Shown here: piece after piece, positions 33,935-42,267 of the stretch
Numbering within the stretch: the stretch's first letter is position 1
Layout of the letters: each line of letters opens with the position of its first letter
Source: a virus
Taxonomy: Duplodnaviria; Caudoviricetes
DNA length: 42,267 nt
Direction: 5' to 3' (one strand)
IMG/VR virus record: IMGVR_UViG_3300017565_000010
Span: 1 to 42,267 of that record
Notes under the pieces: generated by a model
What the model saw: the letters and a program-made list of their open reading frames with translations, nothing else
Database searches by the model: none
What the model was told of the DNA's origin: nothing
Made by a program: the position numbers and the translations under genes

Positions 33935-34744
33935 ATGAGCGAGACAGAGAGCATTCAGAGCATCTTGGGTGAGTCCCCATTCGTCACGGGCGAAACCGCT
34001 GCGCCGCCGGCAGTAGAGACGAAGACGGAAGCGCCCGCTGAGGTCAAACAGGAACCGACAGAGCAGAAGCCTGATCGGGCTCGTGATGAGAGCGGCAAGT
34101 TCACGAAGGCCGAGGACAAATCGGAGAAGCCTGCTGAGAAGCCGGCCGAAACGAAGCCCCGTGCCGACGTAGCGGCGATCATCGATGAGCGCAGGAAGCG
34201 TCAGGCACTGGAGTCGGAGCTTGCGAAGCTGCGTCAGGCGCAGGAGAAGCCCGTACAGAAGCCGTCAGTCTTCGAGAATGAAGACGCGGCGATCAACGCT
34301 CGGATCGAGGAGTACTCGGCTCCAGTTCGTGAGGCGATCTACAAACTGTCGGTCAAGTCCGCTCGTGCGAGCTACAAGGACTTCGACGACGCAGCGCAGG
34401 CGTTCGCCGATGCGTCCGAGCGAGATCCGCGGCTGATCGCGGGGCTGCAGGCCTCTGACGATCCTGGCGAGTTCATCTACTCGATGGGCATTCATGTCCG
34501 GGAGCTAGCCGATGTTGGCGGCGACCTCATGAAGTACCGCGACAAGGTGACCTCCGCATCTCAGTCAAAGATCGATGAGCAGGCCAAGCAGATTGCAGCG
34601 CTGACCGCGCAAGTCGAAGCTCTGACGAAGTCTCAGGCCGAACTGGCCGCCGTTCCACGCTCACTCAACGGATTGCCCTCGACCCCTGCCAAGGCGGGTG
34701 ACGAGGACGCAGACGACATTCACAGCATCGTTCGATTCAAATAG
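33935..34744 (+). CDS. Scaffolding protein
   Basis: RDESGKF motif, ERRKRQ coiled coil; between portal and capsid. Confidence 0.85.
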   Translation: MSETESIQSILGESPFVTGETAAPPAVETKTEAPAEVKQEPTEQKPDRARDESGKFTKAEDKSEKPAEKPAETKPRADVAAIIDERRKRQALESELAKLRQAQEKPVQKPSVFENEDAAINARIEEYSAPVREAIYKLSVKSARASYKDFDDAAQAFADASERDPRLIAGLQASDDPGEFIYSMGIHVRELADVGGDLMKYRDKVTSASQSKIDEQAKQIAALTAQVEALTKSQAELAAVPRSLNGLPSTPAKAGDEDADDIHSIVRFK

Positions 34745-34809
34745 CCGGATCGCCACATGGCTGACGAAGAACCCGCCTCGAGCGGGTTTTTTATTGCCTG
34801 CGATCCGGC
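34744..34809 (+). terminator. Terminator nested in a 10-bp inverted repeat, before the capsid gene
   Basis: AACCCGC-CTCGA-GCGGGTT-TTTT (34770-34792) flanked by GCCGGATCGC/GCGATCCGGC. Confidence 0.7.
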
Positions 34810-34833
34810 CAATCACCCATTTCAGGAGTTGAT

Positions 34834-35940
34834 ATGAGCCAGACCGCAGTCACGGCAAATGCCCGTGTAGTCAAGTACCAGAACTCGTTCTATCGCGAGT
34901 TCATCCGGGGCAACAAGTTCTCCAAGTACATCGGTACGAACGAGAACTCGCCCATTCAGCTGATCGAGGATCTCTCCAAGGCACGCGGCGAGAGCGTGTA
35001 CATCTACCTTGTCAACAAGCTCGGCGCGACGCGAGCCAACGGCAAGATCCGCACCGGCTATCAGACGCTGAAGGGCTATGAGACGCCGATGAACATCCGC
35101 TCGAACAAGCTGACCATTGGCTTGTCTCGATTCGCGGTAACGATCTGGGAGTCCGACAAGCAATTCTCGGCCATCGATCTGGTCGAAGCGCGCGATGCCG
35201 TGCTCAAGGACGACGCGAAGATCGACTTCCGGGATCGAATCATCACGGCGTTCGGCTCGATGAGCATCGACGGCAACACGCACTACGCCTACGCGGACGC
35301 CGATGAGACGACGATCAAGGACGTGTGGCTCGCCAACAACTCAGACCGCGTCATCTTCGGCGCGGGGGTCGGTAGCTACGCGGATCACTCGGCAGACATC
35401 ACGCAGCTCGATTCGCCCACGGACATCATCACGGAAGCGAATCTGAAGCTGATGAAGGACAAGGCGAAGTCGGCCAATCCCATCATCCGACCCATCAAGG
35501 TTCGCGAGGACGAGGAGTGGTACGTCGTGTTCATGGGTACGAAGCTGTTCCGTCAGGCGCAGACGGCGCTGGCGCAGCTTAACCGTGAGGCATGGGTGCG
35601 TGCACAGGGCGAGAACAACCCGCTGTTCACAGGCGGCGACCTGATCTGCGACGGCATGGTCATCAAGGAAGTGCCGGAAATCCAGCCGCTGGCTGGTACG
35701 CCTGGCGCTAGCGGTACGACCGCTGTCGCTCCTGCGTATCTCGTGGGCGCACAGGCTCTCGGCTACGCGGTAGCCCTGCGTTCCAAGATGATCCAGGACA
35801 CGGACGACTACGGAGAGGTGAACGGCGCGGGCATCAAGATGCTTGATGGACTCTCGAAGCTGTACTTCGGCGCGGGCGCTACCGACACGACTGCTCCCAA
35901 GCAGAACGGCATCGTGACCGGCTACTACGCGTTCACCTAA
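34834..35940 (+). CDS. Major capsid protein (HK97 fold, DUF4043-like)
   Basis: 368 aa after scaffold; NSPIQLIEDL..ARGE, NPLFTG, GAQAL.YA, DDYG. Confidence 0.9.
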   Translation: MSQTAVTANARVVKYQNSFYREFIRGNKFSKYIGTNENSPIQLIEDLSKARGESVYIYLVNKLGATRANGKIRTGYQTLKGYETPMNIRSNKLTIGLSRFAVTIWESDKQFSAIDLVEARDAVLKDDAKIDFRDRIITAFGSMSIDGNTHYAYADADETTIKDVWLANNSDRVIFGAGVGSYADHSADITQLDSPTDIITEANLKLMKDKAKSANPIIRPIKVREDEEWYVVFMGTKLFRQAQTALAQLNREAWVRAQGENNPLFTGGDLICDGMVIKEVPEIQPLAGTPGASGTTAVAPAYLVGAQALGYAVALRSKMIQDTDDYGEVNGAGIKMLDGLSKLYFGAGATDTTAPKQNGIVTGYYAFT

Positions 35941-35962
35941 TCAACGGTTCTAGGAGACTTCA

Positions 35963-36364
35963 ATGGCTGGTGAAACTACTTCTGCCCTGTCTGCCAATCC
36001 TCCGTATGAGGCAGCAGAGGGCATGTTCCTCGTTCCGTTCACGGTGGCATACGCGACCGGGCAGCTCGAGCTGAATGACGTGATGGAGCTGGGCTATCTG
36101 CCGGCGAACTGCACGTGTTACGGCGTCGTGTATTCCCCGACCGACATGGACACGAACGTGTCGCCGCTGCTCACGCAGAAAATCACGATCGGGTCGACCG
36201 ATGTGGCGACGGGCCTGACGGGCGGGCAGACGGGCGCAAAGTCCTTCGTGGGCATCGTGCCGATCACCGTCACGAGCAAGACGCTGGTGAAGGTGACAAC
36301 GACCGCCGTTCCGGGTACGGCCGCGGCGGGAACGCTCTACTGCGCGTTCCTCTGCCAGCGCTAA
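35963..36364 (+). CDS. Capsid cement/decoration protein
   Basis: Small beta-rich protein directly after MCP. Confidence 0.7.
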   Translation: MAGETTSALSANPPYEAAEGMFLVPFTVAYATGQLELNDVMELGYLPANCTCYGVVYSPTDMDTNVSPLLTQKITIGSTDVATGLTGGQTGAKSFVGIVPITVTSKTLVKVTTTAVPGTAAAGTLYCAFLCQR

Positions 36365-36371
36365 GGAGCTT

Positions 36372-36396
36372 GGGCGAGGACTGACACTCGCCTTTT
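36372..36396 (+). terminator. Intrinsic terminator after capsid genes
   Basis: GGCGAG-N8-CTCGCC-TTTT. Confidence 0.55.
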
Positions 36397-36399
36397 CCT

Positions 36400-36768
36400 A
36401 TGACTCTCAACGAGCTCTACCGCAAGACTCTCGAGCGCTTGCAGGTCGCCGCTGATGGTGAACCCGCGCAGCCGGAGGACATCGCAACGGTTCGCAAGAA
36501 CTACGAAGCGGTGTTCGAAGTGCTGTACGCGAAGGGTCTCGCGGACTGGGATGCGAGCGAGGACATCCCGCCGGATGCCGGTTTTGCGATGTCGCTCGTG
36601 ATGGCGGCGTATTGCGCGGAGGATTTCTTCATCCCGGAGCCGCGCAAGAGCACGTTGAAGGCAGAAGGCTATCTCGACCTGCCGCAGGCATCTCCTGCCG
36701 AGCGGATGCTGACGAAGCGAGTGTCGTCGAAGTACATCTCGCAGCCGGTGCAAGTCGAGTACTTCTGA
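36400..36768 (+). CDS. Head-tail adaptor (P22 gp4-like)
   Basis: Helical 122 aa, ALxxL..GE pattern, ends EYF; synteny. Confidence 0.75.
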   Translation: MTLNELYRKTLERLQVAADGEPAQPEDIATVRKNYEAVFEVLYAKGLADWDASEDIPPDAGFAMSLVMAAYCAEDFFIPEPRKSTLKAEGYLDLPQASPAERMLTKRVSSKYISQPVQVEYF

Positions 36769-38129
36769 TGCTCGTGAGATTCGGGACCGGCAGCTATCAG
36801 CACCGGTCCCTGCCGCTGTCTGCGCAGCGTATGGTGCATTGCTATCTCGAGATAGCCCCACCGGGAGCCAAAAGTCCGGTAGCCGTCGTATCGAGTTACG
36901 GCATCGACGATTGGACGACCGCTGGCGCTGGACCGATTCGCGGCGGGTTGGTCGTGAATGGCGCACCGTTCGTTGTTTCGGGCAACAGCCTCTATCGACT
37001 GAACTCGGATCGTTCGGCCACGCTGCTCGGTGCGATACCGGGAGAAGATCTGGTCTCGATGGCCGGGGACGGGGCGAACATCGCCGTTGCCGCGAATGGC
37101 AGCCTCTACATCTACAACGGCTCAAACGTCACGCAGGTCACAGACCCGGACTTCCCGGGCGCGGCGTGCGTGGGCTTTCTGGATGGATTCTTTCCGATCA
37201 TCGAGCCGGGGTCTGGCCGCATCTGGATCAACGAGACGCCATACGTCCCGACGAACTGGAATGCACTCGACTTCGTCACTGCGGAAGGCGCGCCGGACGA
37301 TCTGTTGTGGCAGGTCATCAGTCACCGGGAGATCTTCGCATTCGGTCGGGAGACGACCGAAGTGCTCTACAACTCTGGCGACGCAGACACGCCACTGAGG
37401 CGCACGGATTCCGGGTTCATCGAGATCGGGATCATGAGCGCGCATGCCGCGGCATCGACCGATAACGGCATCGGATTCGTCGGAAACGACGGGCTGATCT
37501 ATCTGCTGCGCGGCTACCAGCCAGAACGCATTTCCACATACGCGGTAGAGCAGGCCATCGAGTCGTATGAGGACAAGTCCTCGGTTGCCATGTCCTTCAC
37601 GGAAGGCGGCCACAAGATGCTGGCCTTTCACTTTGCGGAGGGCACGTGGGTTTACGACCTGTCCACGCAGTTGTGGCATGAGCGCCTGAGCACGGGCCAC
37701 ACGCGTTGGCGGCCGCAGATTGCGCTGCAGGCGTTCGGGCAGACGCTGGTCGGGGATTACAGCTCCAACCGGATCGGAATGCTTGACTATCGCCGACTCG
37801 CCGAGTGGGGCGAGGTGTTGCGTCAGTCGTGTACGGCGCCATCCATCGCGGATGAGAACCGACAGATTTTCCACGGCTCGTTGGAGCTGCAGTTCGAGCA
37901 GGGCGTCGGCACGCTCGAAACCCCAGACCCCCAGGTGATGATCGACTGGTCTGATGACGGGGGGCGAACGTGGTCCAACGAGCACTGGCGCTCGCTGGGA
38001 GCGATGGGCGCATTCAAATCTCGCGCGGTGTGTCGGCGGATGGGCCGCGCACGCGATCGGGTATATCGCTACGCCATCACCGACAAAGTCCGCCGCACAC
38101 TGATTCAGGCGATCTGGGAAGGAGACTGA
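36768..38129 (+). CDS. Tail nozzle / DNA stabilisation protein (P22 gp10-like)
   Basis: TDPDF, FLDG.F, AEGAPD, WVYD.STQLWHER, SDDGG.TWS; TGATG coupling. Confidence 0.9.
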   Translation: MLVRFGTGSYQHRSLPLSAQRMVHCYLEIAPPGAKSPVAVVSSYGIDDWTTAGAGPIRGGLVVNGAPFVVSGNSLYRLNSDRSATLLGAIPGEDLVSMAGDGANIAVAANGSLYIYNGSNVTQVTDPDFPGAACVGFLDGFFPIIEPGSGRIWINETPYVPTNWNALDFVTAEGAPDDLLWQVISHREIFAFGRETTEVLYNSGDADTPLRRTDSGFIEIGIMSAHAAASTDNGIGFVGNDGLIYLLRGYQPERISTYAVEQAIESYEDKSSVAMSFTEGGHKMLAFHFAEGTWVYDLSTQLWHERLSTGHTRWRPQIALQAFGQTLVGDYSSNRIGMLDYRRLAEWGEVLRQSCTAPSIADENRQIFHGSLELQFEQGVGTLETPDPQVMIDWSDDGGRTWSNEHWRSLGAMGAFKSRAVCRRMGRARDRVYRYAITDKVRRTLIQAIWEGD

Positions 38130-38806
38130 TGTCTCTGCGCAGTCCGCACATGCCGTTTTCCCAGATGGACCAGCGGCAGTCTGACCAGTACGCGCGCAAC
38201 GTCCCTGTGGTGCCGGACAAGAACAGCACGGACTCGGATCAAATCAAGGACAAGGCGGTCACCGAGCCCAAGTTCGCCGATGGCGCAGTCTCGACGCGCG
38301 CGCAAGCGGACAAGTCGATCACGGACGAGAAACTACGCGATAGCAACGCGCTATCTGTTATCGGACGCTCGTCGAATACCAACGGCACCCCGAACGACAT
38401 CTCTTTCAGCGGTGACGGTCAGTTCCTGGTGCGTCGTGGGCCGCAGGTTGTCACGGACACCATTCAGGACGCAGACGTTCCCTCGGGGATCGCGCGCGAC
38501 AGCGAGGTGGCCAGCGCGATCTCGTCCGCAATCGCAGCGCATGAGGCGGCCCCTGATCCTCATGGCCAGTACCTCAGTCAGGCAGAGGGCGATGCGCGCT
38601 ATCGCGAGTTGACGGATGCAGTCACCTACGCGGAACTGACCGGAAAGCCTGCAGCGCTCGCGTTGCTCTATACGGGCACAGGAAGCCCGGAGACTGTGAT
38701 CACAGCGCCTGTTGGCTCTTTGTATCTGCGTACGGACGGAGGCGCTGGAACGACACTGTACGTCAAGGAAAGCGGCACCGGTAACACAGGCTGGATCGGC
38801 AAATGA
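38129..38806 (+). CDS. Tail needle/plug with C-terminal knob
   Basis: gp26 position; short VT..K repeats; HEAAPDPH; GSPE.V.TAPVGSLYLRTDG...YVKESG.GNTGW tip motif. Confidence 0.7.
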   Translation: MSLRSPHMPFSQMDQRQSDQYARNVPVVPDKNSTDSDQIKDKAVTEPKFADGAVSTRAQADKSITDEKLRDSNALSVIGRSSNTNGTPNDISFSGDGQFLVRRGPQVVTDTIQDADVPSGIARDSEVASAISSAIAAHEAAPDPHGQYLSQAEGDARYRELTDAVTYAELTGKPAALALLYTGTGSPETVITAPVGSLYLRTDGGAGTTLYVKESGTGNTGWIGK

Positions 38807-39261
38807 ACGCCGTCCTTGCGGACTCGCATGACCTCGTCCCCTTCAAGGACAAGGTCAGCGAGGTAGGCCGCTGCCTTTCGAAGCTCCAGCAGACGCAGTG
38901 CCCAGTCACTCACCGATTCGCGCCTGGCGTCTATCTGCGCGAAATCTTCATGCCTGCTGACACTGTCGTCATCGGCAAGGTCCACAAGACCGAACACTTC
39001 AACGTCCTGATCAAGGGCGCCTGTTTGATCGTGCACGACGATGGCAGGCGGGAAGAACTGCGCGCCCCGATGACATTCGTGTCCGGTGCTGGCGTGCAGA
39101 AGGTTCTCTACATCACCGAAGACATGATTTGGCAAACGATCCACGTCACCCCTGAGACCGATATGGCGAAGCTCGAAGAGATGATCGTTGAGCCGTGTGA
39201 GTGGGCTGTACCGCAAGCCATCACGATCGAGTGTCAGAAGATCGCGGAGGAGCGTCGATGA
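38803..39261 (+). CDS. Cupin-fold protein
   Basis: HRFAPGVYLREIFMP...GKVHKTEH. Confidence 0.65.
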   Translation: MNAVLADSHDLVPFKDKVSEVGRCLSKLQQTQCPVTHRFAPGVYLREIFMPADTVVIGKVHKTEHFNVLIKGACLIVHDDGRREELRAPMTFVSGAGVQKVLYITEDMIWQTIHVTPETDMAKLEEMIVEPCEWAVPQAITIECQKIAEERR

Positions 39262-40316
39262 GCTGGGTTGCGGTAGCGGTAGGTGTAGGGAGTGTCGTCA
39301 CCGGCTATCTCGGCTCGCAGTCTGCGAACAAGGCAGGGAAAGCTGCTCAGCAGGGATCGCAGCAGGCAATTGACGAAGCGCGCCGGCAGTTCGATCTCGT
39401 GCGCGGAGATACTGCGGGTCAGCGAGCTCTCGGCAATAACGCGATCAGCGCCCTGTCTCGCCTGTACGGCTATGGGCCATCACCCACCCTGCAATCAGGG
39501 CCCGCTGGAGCTCCGACAGTGTCGGCATCGCCCGTCTCGTATGGCGGCAGTCAGGTCAGTGACGGACTGAAGCAAGCTCTCATCGGTGGCGGTGGCGTCG
39601 GGTCATGGCTCGGCGTCGGCAAGATGCTTGGAATTGGTGGCAGCAAGCATGGGGACGAGAAGCGCAATGCCGAGGCTTTCTTCCGTGACAATCAGGTCTA
39701 TGACCTTGGTAACGGAAAGTACGCGCTTGCTGACGGAACGACATTCGACCAGAGCCAGATTCGCGATCTGGCCGGCGACTGGTATGGCGCAACCTATGCA
39801 CCAGATGGCAATCAGGCTGATTGGCAGCAGCGGTATGCGACGCGTGTAGCCGGCCTCGAGAAGACCCCGATGGGCCAGCCGGCATCAGCGGCACCCGGGC
39901 AAACAGCACCAGCGGCTACTGGTACTGGCACGCCAGATATGTCGGTGTTCTTCGCAAGCCCCGACTATCAGTTCAGGCTCAACGAGGGCCAGAAGGCCAT
40001 CGACCGGTCGGCCGCGGCACGCGGAGGTCTTCTCTCTGGCGGAGCTCAACGCGAAGGCATCAGGTACTCATCGAATCTCGCCTCCGGCGAATACGGAGCG
40101 TTCGTCGACCGCTTGATGCAGCAGGCAGGCCTTGGGTCGACCGGGATCGGAGCGTCTGCCGCAGCTGGTGCGAACACCGCGAGCAACGTCGGCAACGCGG
40201 CGATCTACGGCGGCAATGCCAAGGGCAGCGCCTACATGCAGGGCGCCTCCGCGATCAACAACAGCGTGCAGGGCGGGATTTCGAATCTCCTGCTCGCGCG
40301 CTACCTGGGTGGATAG
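39258..40316 (+). CDS. Ejection protein (P22 gp7-like)
   Basis: MSWVAVAV N-terminus; SPDYQFRLNEG...SAAARGGLLSG; Gly/Ala-rich. Confidence 0.85.
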   Translation: MSWVAVAVGVGSVVTGYLGSQSANKAGKAAQQGSQQAIDEARRQFDLVRGDTAGQRALGNNAISALSRLYGYGPSPTLQSGPAGAPTVSASPVSYGGSQVSDGLKQALIGGGGVGSWLGVGKMLGIGGSKHGDEKRNAEAFFRDNQVYDLGNGKYALADGTTFDQSQIRDLAGDWYGATYAPDGNQADWQQRYATRVAGLEKTPMGQPASAAPGQTAPAATGTGTPDMSVFFASPDYQFRLNEGQKAIDRSAAARGGLLSGGAQREGIRYSSNLASGEYGAFVDRLMQQAGLGSTGIGASAAAGANTASNVGNAAIYGGNAKGSAYMQGASAINNSVQGGISNLLLARYLGG

Positions 40317-40318
40317 GA

Positions 40319-41416
40319 ATGCCTGAATTCGCACCGTTCGACCTCGGCCGTGTGATGCAGGTCTCCGAGTCCATCAAGGCCATGCGCCGTGATGGCGAGA
40401 ACGACAAGCTCCGACAGGCGTACATCGGCGAGCAGATTCAGAACGCTCAGCAGACTCGCTCCCAGCAGGCGCAGACGTTTGATACAGAGAATCAGCAGCG
40501 GCTAGCTCGTACACACTGGCTTTCTGCGCAGGCAGTTGTGAACTCGCAAGATCCGGTTGCCACCGCTCGCCAGCTCGCGCCGGAGATGGTTACAGCATTT
40601 GAGCAGCAGCATGGCGCAGGTACGTTTGAAAGGCTGCCGCCTGAAGTCGTGAAGCAGATCGCGCAGATGGGCATGCAGGAGTCGGCGGCCAAGGCAGGTA
40701 TCAACCTGCAGCCGGATGCGAACACAAAATACGCCGCGGATCAGCGGCGCGCGATGGATGAGCAGAACTTCGGCCAACAGAAAGAGCTGGCAGGGCTCCA
40801 GCATGGCTATCGCATGAGCGAGGCCGCAGCGCTCAATGCGCAGAAGCCCGGCAGGAGCTTTCGCGCGCTCACGCCTGATGAGGTCGCGCAGGCCGGTCTG
40901 CCTGCAGGCACATCCGCTCAGATCGACGAGACCACCGGAAAGATTGACGTCGTCAGCAAGCGTGACAACACCAACACGCTCAGCCAAAAGGACCAGACAA
41001 CTGCGCGCATGAAGCTCAACACGGTGAAGTTGGCGCGTCAGCAACTGAACGCGATCAAGGAGAGCTTCGATTCGGGCACGAAGGGATTGAACGCGTTTGG
41101 TCCTGTTCAAGGCATGCTTCCAACGGAGGCTGGGCACGCATTCGATCGTCGTGTCGATCAGATGCGGAGCACGCTGACGGCCCTTACGCGTGTGCCTGGC
41201 GTCGGCGCGATGTCCGACTACGAAACAAAACTGGATCAGGCGAAATTCCCAACTCGTGGAGAGTACGAGAAGGTCACGCAGCAGCAGATCGCCGACCTCG
41301 ACAACATGCTGAACGCAGTGGAGACGGGCTACAACGACCTGCTTTCAGGCGGAGGCACTGCGCCCGGGCCGGATGCGCCACAAACTGGCGGCTGGTCGAT
41401 CAAGAAGGTGAAGTGA
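40319..41416 (+). CDS. Ejection protein (P22 gp20 position)
   Basis: Gln-rich helical protein, GAMSDYE motif; synteny. Confidence 0.75.
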   Translation: MPEFAPFDLGRVMQVSESIKAMRRDGENDKLRQAYIGEQIQNAQQTRSQQAQTFDTENQQRLARTHWLSAQAVVNSQDPVATARQLAPEMVTAFEQQHGAGTFERLPPEVVKQIAQMGMQESAAKAGINLQPDANTKYAADQRRAMDEQNFGQQKELAGLQHGYRMSEAAALNAQKPGRSFRALTPDEVAQAGLPAGTSAQIDETTGKIDVVSKRDNTNTLSQKDQTTARMKLNTVKLARQQLNAIKESFDSGTKGLNAFGPVQGMLPTEAGHAFDRRVDQMRSTLTALTRVPGVGAMSDYETKLDQAKFPTRGEYEKVTQQQIADLDNMLNAVETGYNDLLSGGGTAPGPDAPQTGGWSIKKVK

Positions 41417-42267
41417 TGCCGACCTATCGCATCACCGCCCCCGATGGCAGTGAGTACGAGGTAACTGGCGAGGGAACGGAGCAGGAAGCCCTAGCGCATG
41501 TGCAGCAGGCTTATCGTCCACAACGAGACCTCAAGAAAGAGAACCCCGCGGAGTACGATCCGTCATCGCGGGAGTATCAGGAGCGATACGGTCCGATGTC
41601 CGGACGTTCGTTCGCGCAAAACTTCGGCGAAGGCGTCGGCAAGGCATTTGTCGATACTGGCCGGGGAGTTCGACAACTCGCGATCGAGGCCGGCGACAAA
41701 TTGAATCTCGTCAGCCCAACGATGACAGATCTCGTGCGCGGAGAGACGCCAACGCAGCGCGTCCGCCGCGAAGCAAGCGAGACCGCCGCTCAGGATGCTG
41801 CGTTGATGGATACGGCCGGTGGAATGACGGGTTACGTGGGCGGACAAGCTGCGATGCTGGCTGTTCCGGGTGGCGCGGCAGCCAAAGGGGTCAGTCTTGC
41901 TGGCCGGATGGGCGCAGCGGCAGCGCTGGGCGGTACGTTCGCGAATATGCAGCCCGTCACCAGTGACCAGACCCGCGCAGGGAATACAGCCATCGGGGCA
42001 ATTGCCGGTGCCGCTGGTGAGGGGCTCGCTGCCGGCGTAGGCAAGGTGGCGCAGGCGTCTTCAAAAGTCACTCCGGAGATTCGTGAACTCGCGCGCAAGG
42101 CGCAGTCGATGGGAATCAAGTTGCGCGCCGAGCAAGTAAGCGGGAGTCGACCACTTGCGGGCGTATCTGCAGCACTCGACACAATCCCGCTATCCGGCAG
42201 AGACGCGTCGCGGGCGGCGCAAAGGTCACAGTTCAATCGTGCGGTTGCGCGCACATTCGGCGAGAAC
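41416..42267 (+). CDS. 5' part of ejection protein (gp16 position), runs through the junction to 918
   Basis: MPTYRITAPDGSEYEV N-terminus; TGATG coupling; open to window end. Confidence 0.8.
   Translation, partial: MPTYRITAPDGSEYEVTGEGTEQEALAHVQQAYRPQRDLKKENPAEYDPSSREYQERYGPMSGRSFAQNFGEGVGKAFVDTGRGVRQLAIEAGDKLNLVSPTMTDLVRGETPTQRVRREASETAAQDAALMDTAGGMTGYVGGQAAMLAVPGGAAAKGVSLAGRMGAAAALGGTFANMQPVTSDQTRAGNTAIGAIAGAAGEGLAAGVGKVAQASSKVTPEIRELARKAQSMGIKLRAEQVSGSRPLAGVSAALDTIPLSGRDASRAAQRSQFNRAVARTFGEN
42145..42267 (+). repeat. 123-bp direct terminal repeat, right copy
   Basis: Identical to 1-123. Confidence 0.97.

Larger units (their letters stand above)
1..42144. mobile_element. Complete temperate phage genome (P22-like podovirus morphogenesis, lambdoid organisation), circular form
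   Basis: Terminal overlap closes the circle in-frame inside an ejection gene; int/xis, cI/cro, Q, terminase-portal-capsid, tailspike and lysis genes are all present. Confidence 0.95.

Noticed and set aside
23211-42254. Numerous long antisense and alternate-frame ORFs in the late region
   Set aside because: Typical shadow ORFs of GC-rich genes; Arg/Ala-rich, no motifs, fully overlapping well-supported genes
1-42267. Stop-codon recoding, retron, DGR, introns/inteins, tRNA genes, DNA methylase
   Set aside because: Core genes are full-length in the standard code and use all three stops; terL, portal and capsid have normal sizes; none of these elements was recognised by eye

Overview
The window is one complete, circularly permuted temperate phage genome. 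Bases 1-123 equal 42145-42267, giving a 42,144-bp circle. The head/tail genes are P22-like podovirus: terminase, portal, scaffold, capsid, adaptor, nozzle, needle, three ejection proteins and a beta-helix tailspike. It also has a lysis cassette with spanins (Gram-negative host, GC-rich), a tyrosine integrase/excisionase with attP, a cI/cro switch, a long leftward early operon of small ORFs with a RecT/Bet annealase, RusA and a Q-type antiterminator. Four things stand out. (1) No replication initiator, helicase, primase or polymerase is recognisable; the usual O/P slot holds a hairpin-rich, mostly non-coding stretch ending in a G6AG7 tract, a candidate RNA-primed (R-loop) origin. (2) The late operon opens with a 9-gene accessory fibre-like module, including a circularly permuted FN3 protein and an unannotated 28-aa peptide carrying the same C-terminal strand, which suggests a donor-strand-complemented polymer. 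(3) A TylF-like O-methyltransferase moron lies next to attP. (4) An RNA polymerase alpha-CTD-like gene lies directly after Q. All family assignments are by eye from motifs and synteny; no database searches or folding computations were run.
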